Below, piece after piece: positions 47,824-57,656 of a stretch of DNA of 64,000 nucleotides. The first letter of the stretch is position 1. Every line of letters starts with the position of its first letter. A program made the translations under genes and the position numbers. The stretch lies in contig CAVRCJ010000013.1 in the NCBI GenBank assembly GCA_963719515.1, positions 32,001-96,000 on the forward strand, given 5' to 3'. The DNA comes from an uncultured cyanobacterium (GTDB lineage: Bacteria > Cyanobacteriota > Cyanobacteriia > CAKZMO01). Under the pieces are notes generated by a model that was given only the letters and a program-made list of their open reading frames with translations, did no database searches and was not told where the DNA came from.

Positions 47824-49578
47824 TTGATGGTCAAACGCTCAAACGGTTTCCTTGTTTTGGTGGGTTTAGGGTTGCTTATCGCCCTGGCATACGGCGGCTG
47901 GATTATTACTATGGTCGAACCCTCTATATCCCCTGGCCTGCTCAGCGCCCCTTTCCTGCAAAGGCCCACAGCCTCTACGGTCAACGTCGTTTGGTTTACA
48001 GAATTTGAGGGCGATCGCCACCTCGTCGAATACGGCGACACCCTCGATCAGCAGCAGGCCACCACAACGCGGCTCTCCCGCACTCGGGAAGACCCGCCCG
48101 TGCTCGAGGGTGCAGGCGCGGAAGACAGCTCCCCCATCCGCCGCGTCATTTGGCGGCATGAGGCCACCGTTGCGGGCCTGTCCCCCGGCGAGCGGGTGCC
48201 CTACCGAGTGGTGAGCGAGGGAGAGCGCCGCCTGGAGAGCGAGACCTACACGCTTGCCCCCTTGCCTTCCGTAGGCCAGCCGCTAAAAATCTTGCTCACC
48301 TCAGACCACCAGCAAAAGCCCATGACCCCCGCCAACCTGGAAAAGGTGGTGGAAACCGTGGGTCAGGTAGACGCGGTGTTTATGGCGGGGGACTTAGTCA
48401 ATATCCCCGACCGGGCGTCAGAGTGGTTTGACGAGGATGTGTCTTTCTTTAGGGCACTGCAGGGCAATGCCAAAGGAGATTTGACCTACGACGGCGTCAC
48501 CATTCCCTACCGTGGGGGGGCCATTATTCAGTCAGCGCCGCTGTTCCCCGCTGTGGGCAACCACGAGGTCATGGGCCGCCTGTCCTCAAAGGGACTCGGA
48601 GAGCAGTTTAATGACCCAGTGCCTCGAGCGATCGCCGCCCAGCGCTATGAGGCGCAGGCTAGCATTGTCAATCCTACGGGCGACCCGGCGGTTCGGGGCG
48701 CTTGGCTCAAAGACCAGTCGTTCAACATCGACACCTACCAAGAGATTTTCACCCTGCCGGAAGGCCCCGCTGACGGCAAGTACTACGCCACCACCTTCGG
48801 CGACCTGCGGCTGGTGTCCCTCTACATCACCAATATCTGGCGCAAACCCAGCCTTGGCCCCAATATTCGGGGCCGCTACCGCGAGCGCGATGAGGATTTG
48901 GATAACCCAGAAAACTGGGGCTACGGCCAGCACATCTTCGAGGCGATTAGTCCCGTTAGCCCGCAGTACGGCTGGCTTCAGCAGGAGCTGGCCAGCCCCG
49001 AGTGGCAGCAGGCCCGCTACCGCGTCGTTATGTTCCACCATCCGCCCCACTCTTTGGGGGATAACATCGTGCCGGCCTACGCCGATCCGGTGCAGATTAT
49101 CGACTACCTCCCTGACGGCGAAACTATCAAGTCGGTGCGCTACGAATACCCCCAAGGCGCTGACTACCTGGTGCAAGTGCTGCCGCTGATAGAGGCTGCA
49201 GACGCCGACCTGATCTTCTATGGCCACGACCATATCTGGAACCGGTTCGTCTCGCCGGGGGGGCTGCACTTTCTAGAGACCTCTAACGTCGGCAACACCT
49301 ATGGAGCCGCGTGGAAAACCAAGCGGCGCGACGTGCCTATTGGGTTCAAAGAGAGCTATCCACCCTTGGGCGACCCCAATGGGCTAGAGCCGGTGGTGCC
49401 GACAATCGCGCCCCTCCTAGACGATGACGGCTCGCCCCAGCCGTTTGTGGCCAGCAACGAGATTACGGTGTTCAGCATTTTGGATACTGAGCAAGGTACC
49501 GTGAGTAGCTATCGGTTTGACACAAGGAAGCCGGACTCATCCGTGGTCAAATTCGATGAGTTTGCGCTGAAGCCGTGA
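47824..49578 (+). CDS. Metallophosphoesterase with FN3-like N-domain
   Basis: TSDHQ, AGDLV, GNHE, HH, GHDH. Confidence 0.88.
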   Translation: MMVKRSNGFLVLVGLGLLIALAYGGWIITMVEPSISPGLLSAPFLQRPTASTVNVVWFTEFEGDRHLVEYGDTLDQQQATTTRLSRTREDPPVLEGAGAEDSSPIRRVIWRHEATVAGLSPGERVPYRVVSEGERRLESETYTLAPLPSVGQPLKILLTSDHQQKPMTPANLEKVVETVGQVDAVFMAGDLVNIPDRASEWFDEDVSFFRALQGNAKGDLTYDGVTIPYRGGAIIQSAPLFPAVGNHEVMGRLSSKGLGEQFNDPVPRAIAAQRYEAQASIVNPTGDPAVRGAWLKDQSFNIDTYQEIFTLPEGPADGKYYATTFGDLRLVSLYITNIWRKPSLGPNIRGRYRERDEDLDNPENWGYGQHIFEAISPVSPQYGWLQQELASPEWQQARYRVVMFHHPPHSLGDNIVPAYADPVQIIDYLPDGETIKSVRYEYPQGADYLVQVLPLIEAADADLIFYGHDHIWNRFVSPGGLHFLETSNVGNTYGAAWKTKRRDVPIGFKESYPPLGDPNGLEPVVPTIAPLLDDDGSPQPFVASNEITVFSILDTEQGTVSSYRFDTRKPDSSVVKFDEFALKP

Positions 49579-49645
49579 GGTCTGATTTTGCAGAACAAAC
49601 CCTACACCGCCAGCTTTTGAACAACCCTCAGGTCAGCAAGGCTTC

Positions 49646-50410
49646 TCACTCTTCCTCAGCTGAGGCGATCGCACGGGCTACATGCTCCCCCACCCGCGCC
49701 GACCCGACCGGCGAAGGATGAACGCGGTCCTCGTCATACGCCGTCAGATCCTCCGTAGACAAGACGTCCCCTGCCGAAACAAACCATACCCCTGCAAGGC
49801 CCTCTGCCATCCGCATCAGCCGCCCATTGTGCAGGGCAATCTCATCGTTGCACTGCTCAAAGCCAAAGCGGGCATCGTCCGGCATAGCGTAATAGCCCAC
49901 GTACATCACCTGAGCGCCGCTAGCGGTTACGGCGCGCACAAAGTCTGGAATCTCGCCCGAGAGCCCATCCTCGCTAATCATTTCCTCTAGCTGAGCGCCA
50001 CAAGTCGCGCAGGCACAATCGCCGACCAGGTCGTTGGCCCCGCCGTTCATCACAACCCAACCCCAACCTTGGTCGTCGTACTGCTGGCGAATATCGTACC
50101 CCGCCTCAGCGGCTTCTCTATCGGGGTGGGAGACATGAGCGCCAGACACAGCGCTGTTGGTCACAGGCCGGTTTAGCGTCTGGCCGATAACGTCAGGAAT
50201 AGACCGATTCTCCTCGGCGTTCCAGTCCAAAATCGAGTCTCCGATGGCTAGAATTGGCTGCTTTTGTGGCTGCGCGGCGGTGCGGCTGCTAGAGGCAGAA
50301 CGCGGGGTATCGGCGGTGGACGTCGCTTGGTCTGCAATACCCGAACAGGCTGAGAGGCCTGCTAGCGCGGCGAAGTTTGCCAGCACTAAGCCCATGATGA
50401 GTTGCTGCAT
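49646..50410 (-). CDS. SGNH/GDSL hydrolase lipoprotein
   Basis: LSAC lipobox, GDS, GGAND, DRVH. Confidence 0.88.
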   Translation of the reverse strand: MQQLIMGLVLANFAALAGLSACSGIADQATSTADTPRSASSSRTAAQPQKQPILAIGDSILDWNAEENRSIPDVIGQTLNRPVTNSAVSGAHVSHPDREAAEAGYDIRQQYDDQGWGWVVMNGGANDLVGDCACATCGAQLEEMISEDGLSGEIPDFVRAVTASGAQVMYVGYYAMPDDARFGFEQCNDEIALHNGRLMRMAEGLAGVWFVSAGDVLSTEDLTAYDEDRVHPSPVGSARVGEHVARAIASAEEE

Positions 50411-50472
50411 TGGAGATGTTCGAGTGAAAGTCTAGGGCATAGAATACCCCTGTCGGCCTCTAATGCTAGCGG

Positions 50473-51423
50473 CTAACGTCGCTCAACGCCGTGGATGCGC
50501 ATCAAATCCGATACCGTCTCGCAATAGGGCGGAATATTGAACGTGCTTGGATTTACCGGATTCTCGTAGGTGAAATGGCGATACTGAAGGCAAAACCAGT
50601 CCCACTCTGCCATCTGAATTCGAAACAGCGGCACAATGACTCTGGCAAAGGTCAGCAGCGGCAGCTGGGCCGCCGGTACCGACAGGCCAAAGTAGCGGCA
50701 CAGCTCTCGAATCGCGCCGTTGACCGTGATTTGCGGGTTGCCCAGCACCATCTGCCGCATTGACCCTCGTGAGACGGGATTGCGCACGAGGTAGACCATC
50801 ACTTGGGCGATGTCGCGGGCGTGGATGTAGTGAAAGCTGCCGTCGATGTTGAAAAAGCGAATTAGGCCAACCCAGCGGGTCACGTCCCGTAGACCTGCTG
50901 ATAGATGAGACATGGGCTTTTGGGCATCGCCGCCAAACACTAGTGTCGGAAAGACTACCGTGGTTTTAGCCGCGATCGCCAGCTTCCGCAGCTCCCGGTG
51001 ACATTCGTACTTAGTGCGGATGTAGTCAGTGCCGAGAGTCTCAGCTTCTTCCAAAAGCCGGTTATTCTTATCGAGAATACTGGCCGTGGAGAAGTAAATC
51101 ACCTGACGGCAGCGCTCTACATCCAGCAGCTTCAGCAGCGCTAAGGTTTGGGTGACGTTGACGGACTGGGTCTGCTGCGGGTCACCCCAGGCGGCGGCGG
51201 TGAGGATGGCGACGTCGATGGTCTTGAGCAGCTCGGCCTGCTCCTCAATATGCAGAATGTCCCCTTTGACGAGATGGACGCCAGGGCGATGGCCGATGTT
51301 TACTTTGAGCTTGGCGGGGTTACGCACCAGCAAAAATAAATCGTGCTCCGTTTGCCGCATCAGCGCCGCCACAATATAGTGGCCAATGCAGCCGCTGGCC
51401 CCGGTGATAAAAATCCGCGCCAT
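50473..51423 (-). CDS. NAD-dependent epimerase/dehydratase family protein
   Basis: TGASGCIG, YIRTK; 2 nt downstream of hemE. Confidence 0.88.
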   Translation of the reverse strand: MARIFITGASGCIGHYIVAALMRQTEHDLFLLVRNPAKLKVNIGHRPGVHLVKGDILHIEEQAELLKTIDVAILTAAAWGDPQQTQSVNVTQTLALLKLLDVERCRQVIYFSTASILDKNNRLLEEAETLGTDYIRTKYECHRELRKLAIAAKTTVVFPTLVFGGDAQKPMSHLSAGLRDVTRWVGLIRFFNIDGSFHYIHARDIAQVMVYLVRNPVSRGSMRQMVLGNPQITVNGAIRELCRYFGLSVPAAQLPLLTFARVIVPLFRIQMAEWDWFCLQYRHFTYENPVNPSTFNIPPYCETVSDLMRIHGVERR

Positions 51424-51425
51424 GG

Positions 51426-52487
51426 CTAGACGCAGGCGAGCAGCTGGTCCGCCTGCTTAGCCGTCTCAAAGAAGTAGCGCACGTTGTCCTCGGGGGTGTC
51501 TTTGTGGACGCCGTGGCCCAGGTTGAGGATGTGGCCCGTAGGTCCGGCCTTGCGGATGGTGTCGAGGATGCGATCGCGGATGAAGCCGTGGGAGCCGTAG
51601 AGGACGCCGGGGTCAAGATTGCCCTGCACCTTCATGTTTGGCCCTAGCCGCCGCCGCGCGTCCGCCATGTCGACGGTCCAGTCGACGCTGATGATGTCGG
51701 CCCCAGACTGGCCCATGCGCTCCAGCAGGCCGCCGCTGCCGCTGATCAGCAAAATCAGCGGGGTGTCGGGGTGGGTCTTCTTGACTTGGCTAAACACCCG
51801 CTGCTGGTAAGGCAAGGCGAAGGTGTCGTAGTCCTGCGGGGACATCTGACCGGCCCAAGAGTCGAACATCTGCACCGCCTGAGCGCCGCTGTCGATTTGG
51901 TAGCGGACGTAGACGGCGATCGCGTCGGCTAGCTTCTCCAGGAAGCTGTGAAGCATGGCGGGCTCGGAGAAGGCCATGTTCTTGATTATTGAGTAGGTTT
52001 TGGATCCTTTTCCTTCCACGGCGTAGGCCGCCAGCGTCCAGGGAGCCCCCACAAAGCCCAGCACCGCCGCGTCGTTCTTCACCTCGGCCCGCAGCGCCTG
52101 CAAAATCTCGCGCACAAACCCCAGGGACTCCTCGGGCTGCAGCGATCGCAGTGCGTCTACCTGAGCCTGGGTGCGGATGGGCTCATCCATGATTGGCCCT
52201 TTGCCCTCGGCCACGTCCATTTCAATGCCGATGCCGGGCAGCGGGGTGACGATATCAGAGAAGAAAATGACGCCGTCAGGGTGGAAAGCGCGCCAGGGCT
52301 GCAGGGAGATTTCTACAGCCACGTCGGGAATTTCAGAGCGATCGCGAAAAGAGGGGTATTTTTCCCGCAGGTCTCGGTAGGCCTTCATGTAGCGCCCGGC
52401 CTGTCGCATCATCCACACGGGGGGCCGCTCTAGGGTTTCCCCACGGGCAGCGCGCAGCAGTAACGGAGTTTGAGAGGATGCGCTCAT
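51426..52487 (-). CDS. hemE: Uroporphyrinogen decarboxylase
   Basis: [28 protein letters not shown]. Confidence 0.97.
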   Translation of the reverse strand: MSASSQTPLLLRAARGETLERPPVWMMRQAGRYMKAYRDLREKYPSFRDRSEIPDVAVEISLQPWRAFHPDGVIFFSDIVTPLPGIGIEMDVAEGKGPIMDEPIRTQAQVDALRSLQPEESLGFVREILQALRAEVKNDAAVLGFVGAPWTLAAYAVEGKGSKTYSIIKNMAFSEPAMLHSFLEKLADAIAVYVRYQIDSGAQAVQMFDSWAGQMSPQDYDTFALPYQQRVFSQVKKTHPDTPLILLISGSGGLLERMGQSGADIISVDWTVDMADARRRLGPNMKVQGNLDPGVLYGSHGFIRDRILDTIRKAGPTGHILNLGHGVHKDTPEDNVRYFFETAKQADQLLACV

Positions 52488-52779
52488 GAACTGTGGCCTT
52501 TTATAAAGTCTTTAGAAAATCCATTTGTTAGCTTATCACCGCTTGATAGAGCTTTCGGCGGTGGATGTCAATGTCGTTACAATCTGGCATCAAGACGGCA
52601 GCGGAGGGCGATCGCCATTTGCCCAAAAGATTTAGATAAGATACATTGGCTAAATCGCTGAGCTGCACATTTCCCTTATGAGCAATATTGCAGCAGCAGT
52701 CTGTCAACCTCAGCAAGCTGCGCCCAGCAAATCACGCCTAGCAAGTCGCGCGCTGTCGCTGTAGAAGTAATTATGGCCT

Positions 52780-53481
52780 ATGCCTAGCGTATGGCGAAGA
52801 CCCTCAGTACTTCCAATTGACTGGCTTTCGCAGGCCAGGCTAGATGCGCTGCAGTTTACGCCTGCACACGAAGAAAAATGCTTCAATTCTATCCACGGCG
52901 GGGCTGGCTACCGGTGGCAGCACGCTCAGGTTTACCGGGGATATGTCCTTTGCTTAGTTACAACCGGTGATTCGGGCGGCTACGTGTACTTGGTCGTGAG
53001 CCCATACTATGAACGCCATCACCCCATTATTGGGTTTAACTTTGACGAAGTCAGCGCTGTGGCAGAGGCTAAGGCCAAAGTTGATGCTCAGAGCCCAGTG
53101 GGCTATCAGTGGACCCGGGCCGAAATTTATCGGGGGCATGTGGTTTGCTCCGTTGAGGTTGACGACTCAGGCGGCTGGACTTACCTAATTGTCAGCCCCC
53201 ACTACCATCAAGATTTTCCGATCGTTGGCGTCAACGCCAAAGCAACCACCGCTCTAGCCTGTGCGACAGTTCAAATCGATGAGCGCTACGAAAAGCGGGC
53301 CCTGCAGGACTATCTCCTCAAGCACCCAGAAGCACAGTTTCTTGACGACGGCGCTATTGCTCGCCTCGCCGGTATCCCGCCCCATGAACTCCATCCTCGC
53401 GGGCGTTCGGGTCGGCCCTTCCGCCCGGTTCATTTAGAACGTCAGCTCCCGACGGATGTCTATTTTAACGATGGGCCGTGA
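52780..53481 (+). CDS. Hypothetical protein with a tandemly duplicated ~65-aa domain
   Basis: GYRW..A.VYRG.V.C....DSGG..YL.VSP.Y....PI.G.N occurs twice. Confidence 0.75.
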   Translation: MPSVWRRPSVLPIDWLSQARLDALQFTPAHEEKCFNSIHGGAGYRWQHAQVYRGYVLCLVTTGDSGGYVYLVVSPYYERHHPIIGFNFDEVSAVAEAKAKVDAQSPVGYQWTRAEIYRGHVVCSVEVDDSGGWTYLIVSPHYHQDFPIVGVNAKATTALACATVQIDERYEKRALQDYLLKHPEAQFLDDGAIARLAGIPPHELHPRGRSGRPFRPVHLERQLPTDVYFNDGP

Positions 53482-53507
53482 CTTTGCTGGCCTGTAGTCT
53501 GCCTCTA

Positions 53508-53956
53508 GTGACATACTCCCGACGCTCATCTTTTAGATAGAGCGCGGGCTTCTTGGCTCACGCACCACAATTTAATGGATGCCGCGCAAGAAGGTGTCCT
53601 GCTTCATCTGGTCCTGTCTAGTTACGCAGCAAGCCGTGCAACCCCGATTAGATCCCATCGACAGGCAATTTGTTTAATGTCCAGGCAATGACCAACCCCA
53701 GACAGTGACGAGTATTCAATTTCCAGCTACGGTTTCTACCGTCTGCACTGTTCACCAGCCAAGGGCTGTACGTTTGTGTCAGGATAGCAGGCCGCCGCCA
53801 TGAAATAGTTTGAGCTTGGTTCAATTGTACCCTTTGCTCGCCTCGGCGCTGCTCTTAATTGCCGCCTTCGGCATCCAGTCAAGGGCGCACCTCGACTCGC
53901 TCGCTTACATCCCGACGCTGATGCTGCGCATACAGCGCGGGGCTTTCACGAACTAG
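53508..53956 (-). mobile_element. Non-autonomous IS605 derivative (449 bp), copy 2
   Basis: Near-identical to 38118-38566; left flank TTAG; internal TACAAT. Confidence 0.9.
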
Positions 53957-54073
53957 CTAAGACTAGAGCCCCTACCCTTGTGAGGGCTACTCCGGAGTGG
54001 TAGGTCAATCTTGATGCACAGGCTCTACGCATCGCGCCATAATGCATAGGTTGTACATCGCAATAGGCTATCT

Positions 54074-54406
54074 ATGGATCAGTACTATAACCCTGAACAT
54101 TTGCCGCGATTTGCTGATATTGGCGCGGGAAATGCTGAGTTGGCAGAGAAGTTTTTTGCCTATTACGGGGCGGTGTTTGAGGAGGGAGCGCTCTCGAAGC
54201 GGGAGAAGGCGCTAATTGCGCTGGCGGTGTCCCATGCGGTGCAGTGTCCCTATTGCATTGACGCCTATAGTAAGGCCTGTCTGCAGGAGGGGTCGGATTT
54301 GGAGCAGATGACGGAGGCGGTGCATGTGGCGGCGGCGATTCGGGGCGGCGCGGCGCTGGTGCATGGGGTGCAGATGGTGGATCACGTGAAGGATATTGCC
54401 ATGTAG
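54074..54406 (+). CDS. AhpD/CMD-like protein associated with ArsS
   Basis: REKALIALAVSHAVQCPYCIDAY. Confidence 0.88.
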   Translation: MDQYYNPEHLPRFADIGAGNAELAEKFFAYYGAVFEEGALSKREKALIALAVSHAVQCPYCIDAYSKACLQEGSDLEQMTEAVHVAAAIRGGAALVHGVQMVDHVKDIAM

Positions 54407-54424
54407 CCAGTTGGTTACCGCATC

Positions 54425-54702
54425 GTAGGGGCAAATGACCATTTGCCCTGACGTTGTTTGGGGTGTTGGGTTTGATGTTGACGGTTTTGGTCGAGCCGCA
54501 AGAATTGGGGACGCTTGTCCCCAAGCCCCTGCTGAGGGCGGGTTGCTGCCCCCAGACCCCCTGCAAAAGTGATCTGCTCAGGTTTGGTGCTGTTTTTGGA
54601 TTTGTCGGTATGGAGTTCAGGTCGCCTCTTTAGGTTGGGCCTATGGAGCAGGAAGTCAAAACACAGTAAGGTAGGTCGGGTTGAAGCGCAGCGTAACCCG
54701 AC
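54425..54702. repeat. Cluster of REP-like palindromes
   Basis: GTAGGGGCAAATGACCATTTGCCC (54425); tggggac..gtcccca (~54505); GTAGGTCGGGTT..AACCCGAC (54671). Confidence 0.6.
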
Positions 54703-54867
54703 ATCACAGTGGGTACGGCTGGGGGCGATCGCAATCATGCAGGGCCCACCGGCGGCTGCGCAGAGTCGAAACCACAGGGAATTCTCACCTACCCTTCAGG
54801 TCAGCGTTAGGTTTAGTCGTTACACTCGTTAACGTCTATGTCCTGTAGAAATCTTAGGAGACCCTGT

Positions 54868-55968
54868 ATGGTGCAGTCGAAGCGAGAGGCCAACCACGTC
54901 AGCAGCTCTAATCCGACTCAATCGCTGCAGTGGCGACGATCGCCCTTAGCGGACCCGCATCATCAGCTTCAGGCATTAGACGCGGTTGCCCTATCGCATA
55001 CGGCTCATAACGGTGATTTTTCGGAGGCGATCGCTCACCACGGCTGGAAGGACCTACGTCCGGCGACCCTAGAAATTTTTCAGATCAACGTCGGCAAGCT
55101 GTGCAACATGACCTGCCGCCACTGCCATGTGGACGCGGGTCCGGACCGACGGGAGAACATGGACCGGGAGACGGTGGATGCTTGCTTAAGCGCATTGGAC
55201 ATGACAGGGGCGCATACAGTGGACTTGACGGGGGGGGCGCCGGAGCTGAACCCCCATTTTCGCTATTTGGTAGACGAATGCGTAAAGCGCGGAAAGCAGG
55301 TTATCGACCGCTGTAATTTGACGGTGCTGCTGCTGCCGACTATGGCGGATCTGCCCCAGTGGTTTGCAGAGCGGGGGGTGGAGGTGGTGTGCTCGCTGCC
55401 TCACTACCGCAAGTTCAATACCGATAGCCAGCGAGGAGAGGGCACGTTTGAGAAGTCGATTGAGGCGCTGAAGCTGCTCAACGCGGCGGGCTATGGCAGT
55501 GGCGACCCCAAGAAGAAGCTGACGCTGGTGTCGAATCCGGTGGGGGCATTTTTGGCCAGCAATCAGGCCAAGCTAGAGGAGGAGTGGAAGCGGGGCCTGA
55601 TGAAAAACCACGGCGTGCGCTTCGATCGCCTAATTGCGCTGAACAACATGCCGATTTCCCGCTTTTTGGAGTGGCTGCAGGAGTCGGGGAATTTGGAAGG
55701 CTATATGGAGCTGCTGGTGAACGCCTTTAACCCGGCGACGGTGGAGGGGCTGATGTGCCGCAATACCTTATCTGTGTCTTGGGATGGGCGGCTGTTTGAC
55801 TGCGACTTTAACCAGATGCTGGACTTGGAGATCGATGTGGCGGCTGCGCCGAATATTCGCGACTTGCAGCCGGAGTGGCTGCAGCGCTCGATTGTCGTAG
55901 GCCGGCACTGCTTTGGCTGCACGGCGGGGGCGGGAAGCTCCTGCGGCGGGGCGATAGAGGCAGGGTAG
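54868..55968 (+). CDS. arsS: Arsenosugar-biosynthesis-type radical SAM protein
   Basis: CNMTCRHC, LTGGAPE, DCDFNQ, HCFGCTAGAGSSCGG; AGGAG SD. Confidence 0.85.
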   Translation: MVQSKREANHVSSSNPTQSLQWRRSPLADPHHQLQALDAVALSHTAHNGDFSEAIAHHGWKDLRPATLEIFQINVGKLCNMTCRHCHVDAGPDRRENMDRETVDACLSALDMTGAHTVDLTGGAPELNPHFRYLVDECVKRGKQVIDRCNLTVLLLPTMADLPQWFAERGVEVVCSLPHYRKFNTDSQRGEGTFEKSIEALKLLNAAGYGSGDPKKKLTLVSNPVGAFLASNQAKLEEEWKRGLMKNHGVRFDRLIALNNMPISRFLEWLQESGNLEGYMELLVNAFNPATVEGLMCRNTLSVSWDGRLFDCDFNQMLDLEIDVAAAPNIRDLQPEWLQRSIVVGRHCFGCTAGAGSSCGGAIEAG

Positions 55969-55983
55969 GCTACCTCTAGGACA

Positions 55984-56342
55984 ATGAGCCCTATGGTTAT
56001 TACGCGTCGCAGATTCCTCAACAGCGCAGCGCTGGGCGGCCTCGCCTTCGGCCTAACGCTGTGGGGCTGCCGCAATCAAAGTTCAGAGGCCTTCGACCCG
56101 CTCCAAGGCGGCGTAGCGCCGCTGGCGATCGCCCGCCCGAAGAGGGAAAGCTGCAGGGGAAGAACGACGTCGGCACCCTGGGCTATGGTGGCTCTCGCCC
56201 GCCCAGGGGAACGCACCGCTATGCGTTTGAGGTGTACGCGCTGGACCAAGCGCTGGCGCTGACGGCGGGAGCGACAGCGCGTCAGGTGCTAGAGGCAATC
56301 GCTGGGCATGTGATCGCTGGGGGTGAGCCTATACGGCTATAG
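55984..56342 (+). pseudogene. YbhB/YbcL (PEBP) family Tat lipoprotein with internal deletion and frameshift
   Basis: TRRRFL..WGC signal in one frame; QGKND..GYGG..PP.GTHRY.F.VYALD in another; the central part is missing. Confidence 0.75.
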
Positions 56343-57021
56343 CGCCCTGCAAACCCTTGAACAGCCGCAGTCCGTCCGTCAGGCCCAGGCGAGCGTCAGA
56401 GGCTCGTTCTGGGTGAGGCATTAGCCCGAGCACGTTTCCCTTGCGGTTGCAGAGGCCCGCAATATTGCTCAAAGACCCGTTGATGTTACCTTCTGGCCCG
56501 ATCTCTCCTGCCTCCGTACAGTAGCGGAACACCACCTGATGATGGCGCTCTAGGTCGGCCAGCGTCGACTCGTCGGTGTAGTAGCAGCCTTCTCCGTGGG
56601 CCACCGGCAGGGTGATCACCTCTCCGGCTCGATACTCGCTAGTCCAGGGCAAATTGATGCGCTCCACCCGCAGCGGCACGCGATCGCAGATGAAGTGCAG
56701 GTCGCGGTTGCGAACCAGCGCTCCGGGCAGCAGCCCCACCTCAGTCAAAACCTGAAACCCATTGCAAATTCCTAATACCAGCCCGCCCGCCTTGGCGTGG
56801 GCGACAGTGGCCGTCATGGCGGCAGAGAAGCGGGCTATAGAGCCGCAGCGCAGGTAGTCGCCGTAGCTGAACCCACCGGGCAGGATGATCAAATCGAGAT
56901 CGCTGAGGTCTTCGTCTTGGTGCCACACCATGCGGGTGGGGAGCCCCAGCAGATCTTGCGTCACCATCGCGGCGTCGCGATCGCAGTTTGATCCTGGAAA
57001 CACAATGATGCCGACATTCAT
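56329..57021 (-). CDS. purQ: FGAM synthase glutaminase subunit
   Basis: FPGSNCD, PGGFSYGDYLR, GICNGFQ, MPHPER. Confidence 0.97.
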   Translation of the reverse strand: MNVGIIVFPGSNCDRDAAMVTQDLLGLPTRMVWHQDEDLSDLDLIILPGGFSYGDYLRCGSIARFSAAMTATVAHAKAGGLVLGICNGFQVLTEVGLLPGALVRNRDLHFICDRVPLRVERINLPWTSEYRAGEVITLPVAHGEGCYYTDESTLADLERHHQVVFRYCTEAGEIGPEGNINGSLSNIAGLCNRKGNVLGLMPHPERASDARLGLTDGLRLFKGLQGAIAV

Positions 57022-57142
57022 GCCCTATCTCCCCTTTTGTAGCGCCTTCCGATTGTATCTCGCGGTCCTTGAATCACGGGCTTAGCCGTCCGAGTAGTCA
57101 ACTAGTACACTAGAAACAGTCGCATAGCAATATGCCTGAATC

Positions 57143-57454
57143 ATGGCTTCTCGGATAGTTCCCCTCTACCTCGACATTCGCTTCAATGCCCATCCCCACA
57201 CCTGCGGCGGAGAGCTGTTTTGCCCCAACTCCATTCCCCCCAGGGCCGGAGAAGGTATTTTCTGGGTCGACCCTAAAACCCAAAAGCTCGCCCTGTGGCA
57301 TATTCAGCGCGTCGAATACTATTGCGCTGTCGGATACCCAAAAGACCGCATTCCTAAGTCGTCCAAGGCTGCCGGTGCGGTCTGGCTAGACAGAATTGCT
57401 GAGGTAGACAATGGCCAACCGTCAACTGCTAAGGTCGATAGGTTTCAGGCATAG
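57143..57454 (+). CDS. Hypothetical protein
   Basis: 103-aa ORF divergent from purQ. Confidence 0.55.
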   Translation: MASRIVPLYLDIRFNAHPHTCGGELFCPNSIPPRAGEGIFWVDPKTQKLALWHIQRVEYYCAVGYPKDRIPKSSKAAGAVWLDRIAEVDNGQPSTAKVDRFQA

Positions 57455-57582
57455 CCGACCCCAAGTCAACGCCATCTCCACAGGATCTCTGCAGAGGGAG
57501 TGCCGCCTCCCCCCTAGGAAATTTGTCTCTCTCCTCAAAAGGCTAAATGGTCTATCCCCAGCGTCTAGACAGCCCATAATGA

Positions 57583-57624
57583 GTAGCTTGGGTTACAAAA
57601 TCTTGACAAATGCTTTGATAGTCT
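57583..57624 (+). promoter_or_regulatory. Canonical NtcA-activated promoter
   Basis: GTA-gcttgggt-TAC (57583-57596), 22 nt spacer, TAGTCT -10 (57619-57624). Confidence 0.85.
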
Positions 57625-57656
57625 TACTTCACTATTAGCAAAACCACCCGGGCACC

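Noticed and set aside
55930..55968. Selenocysteine in the ArsS C-terminus
   Set aside because: The codon is TGC (Cys)
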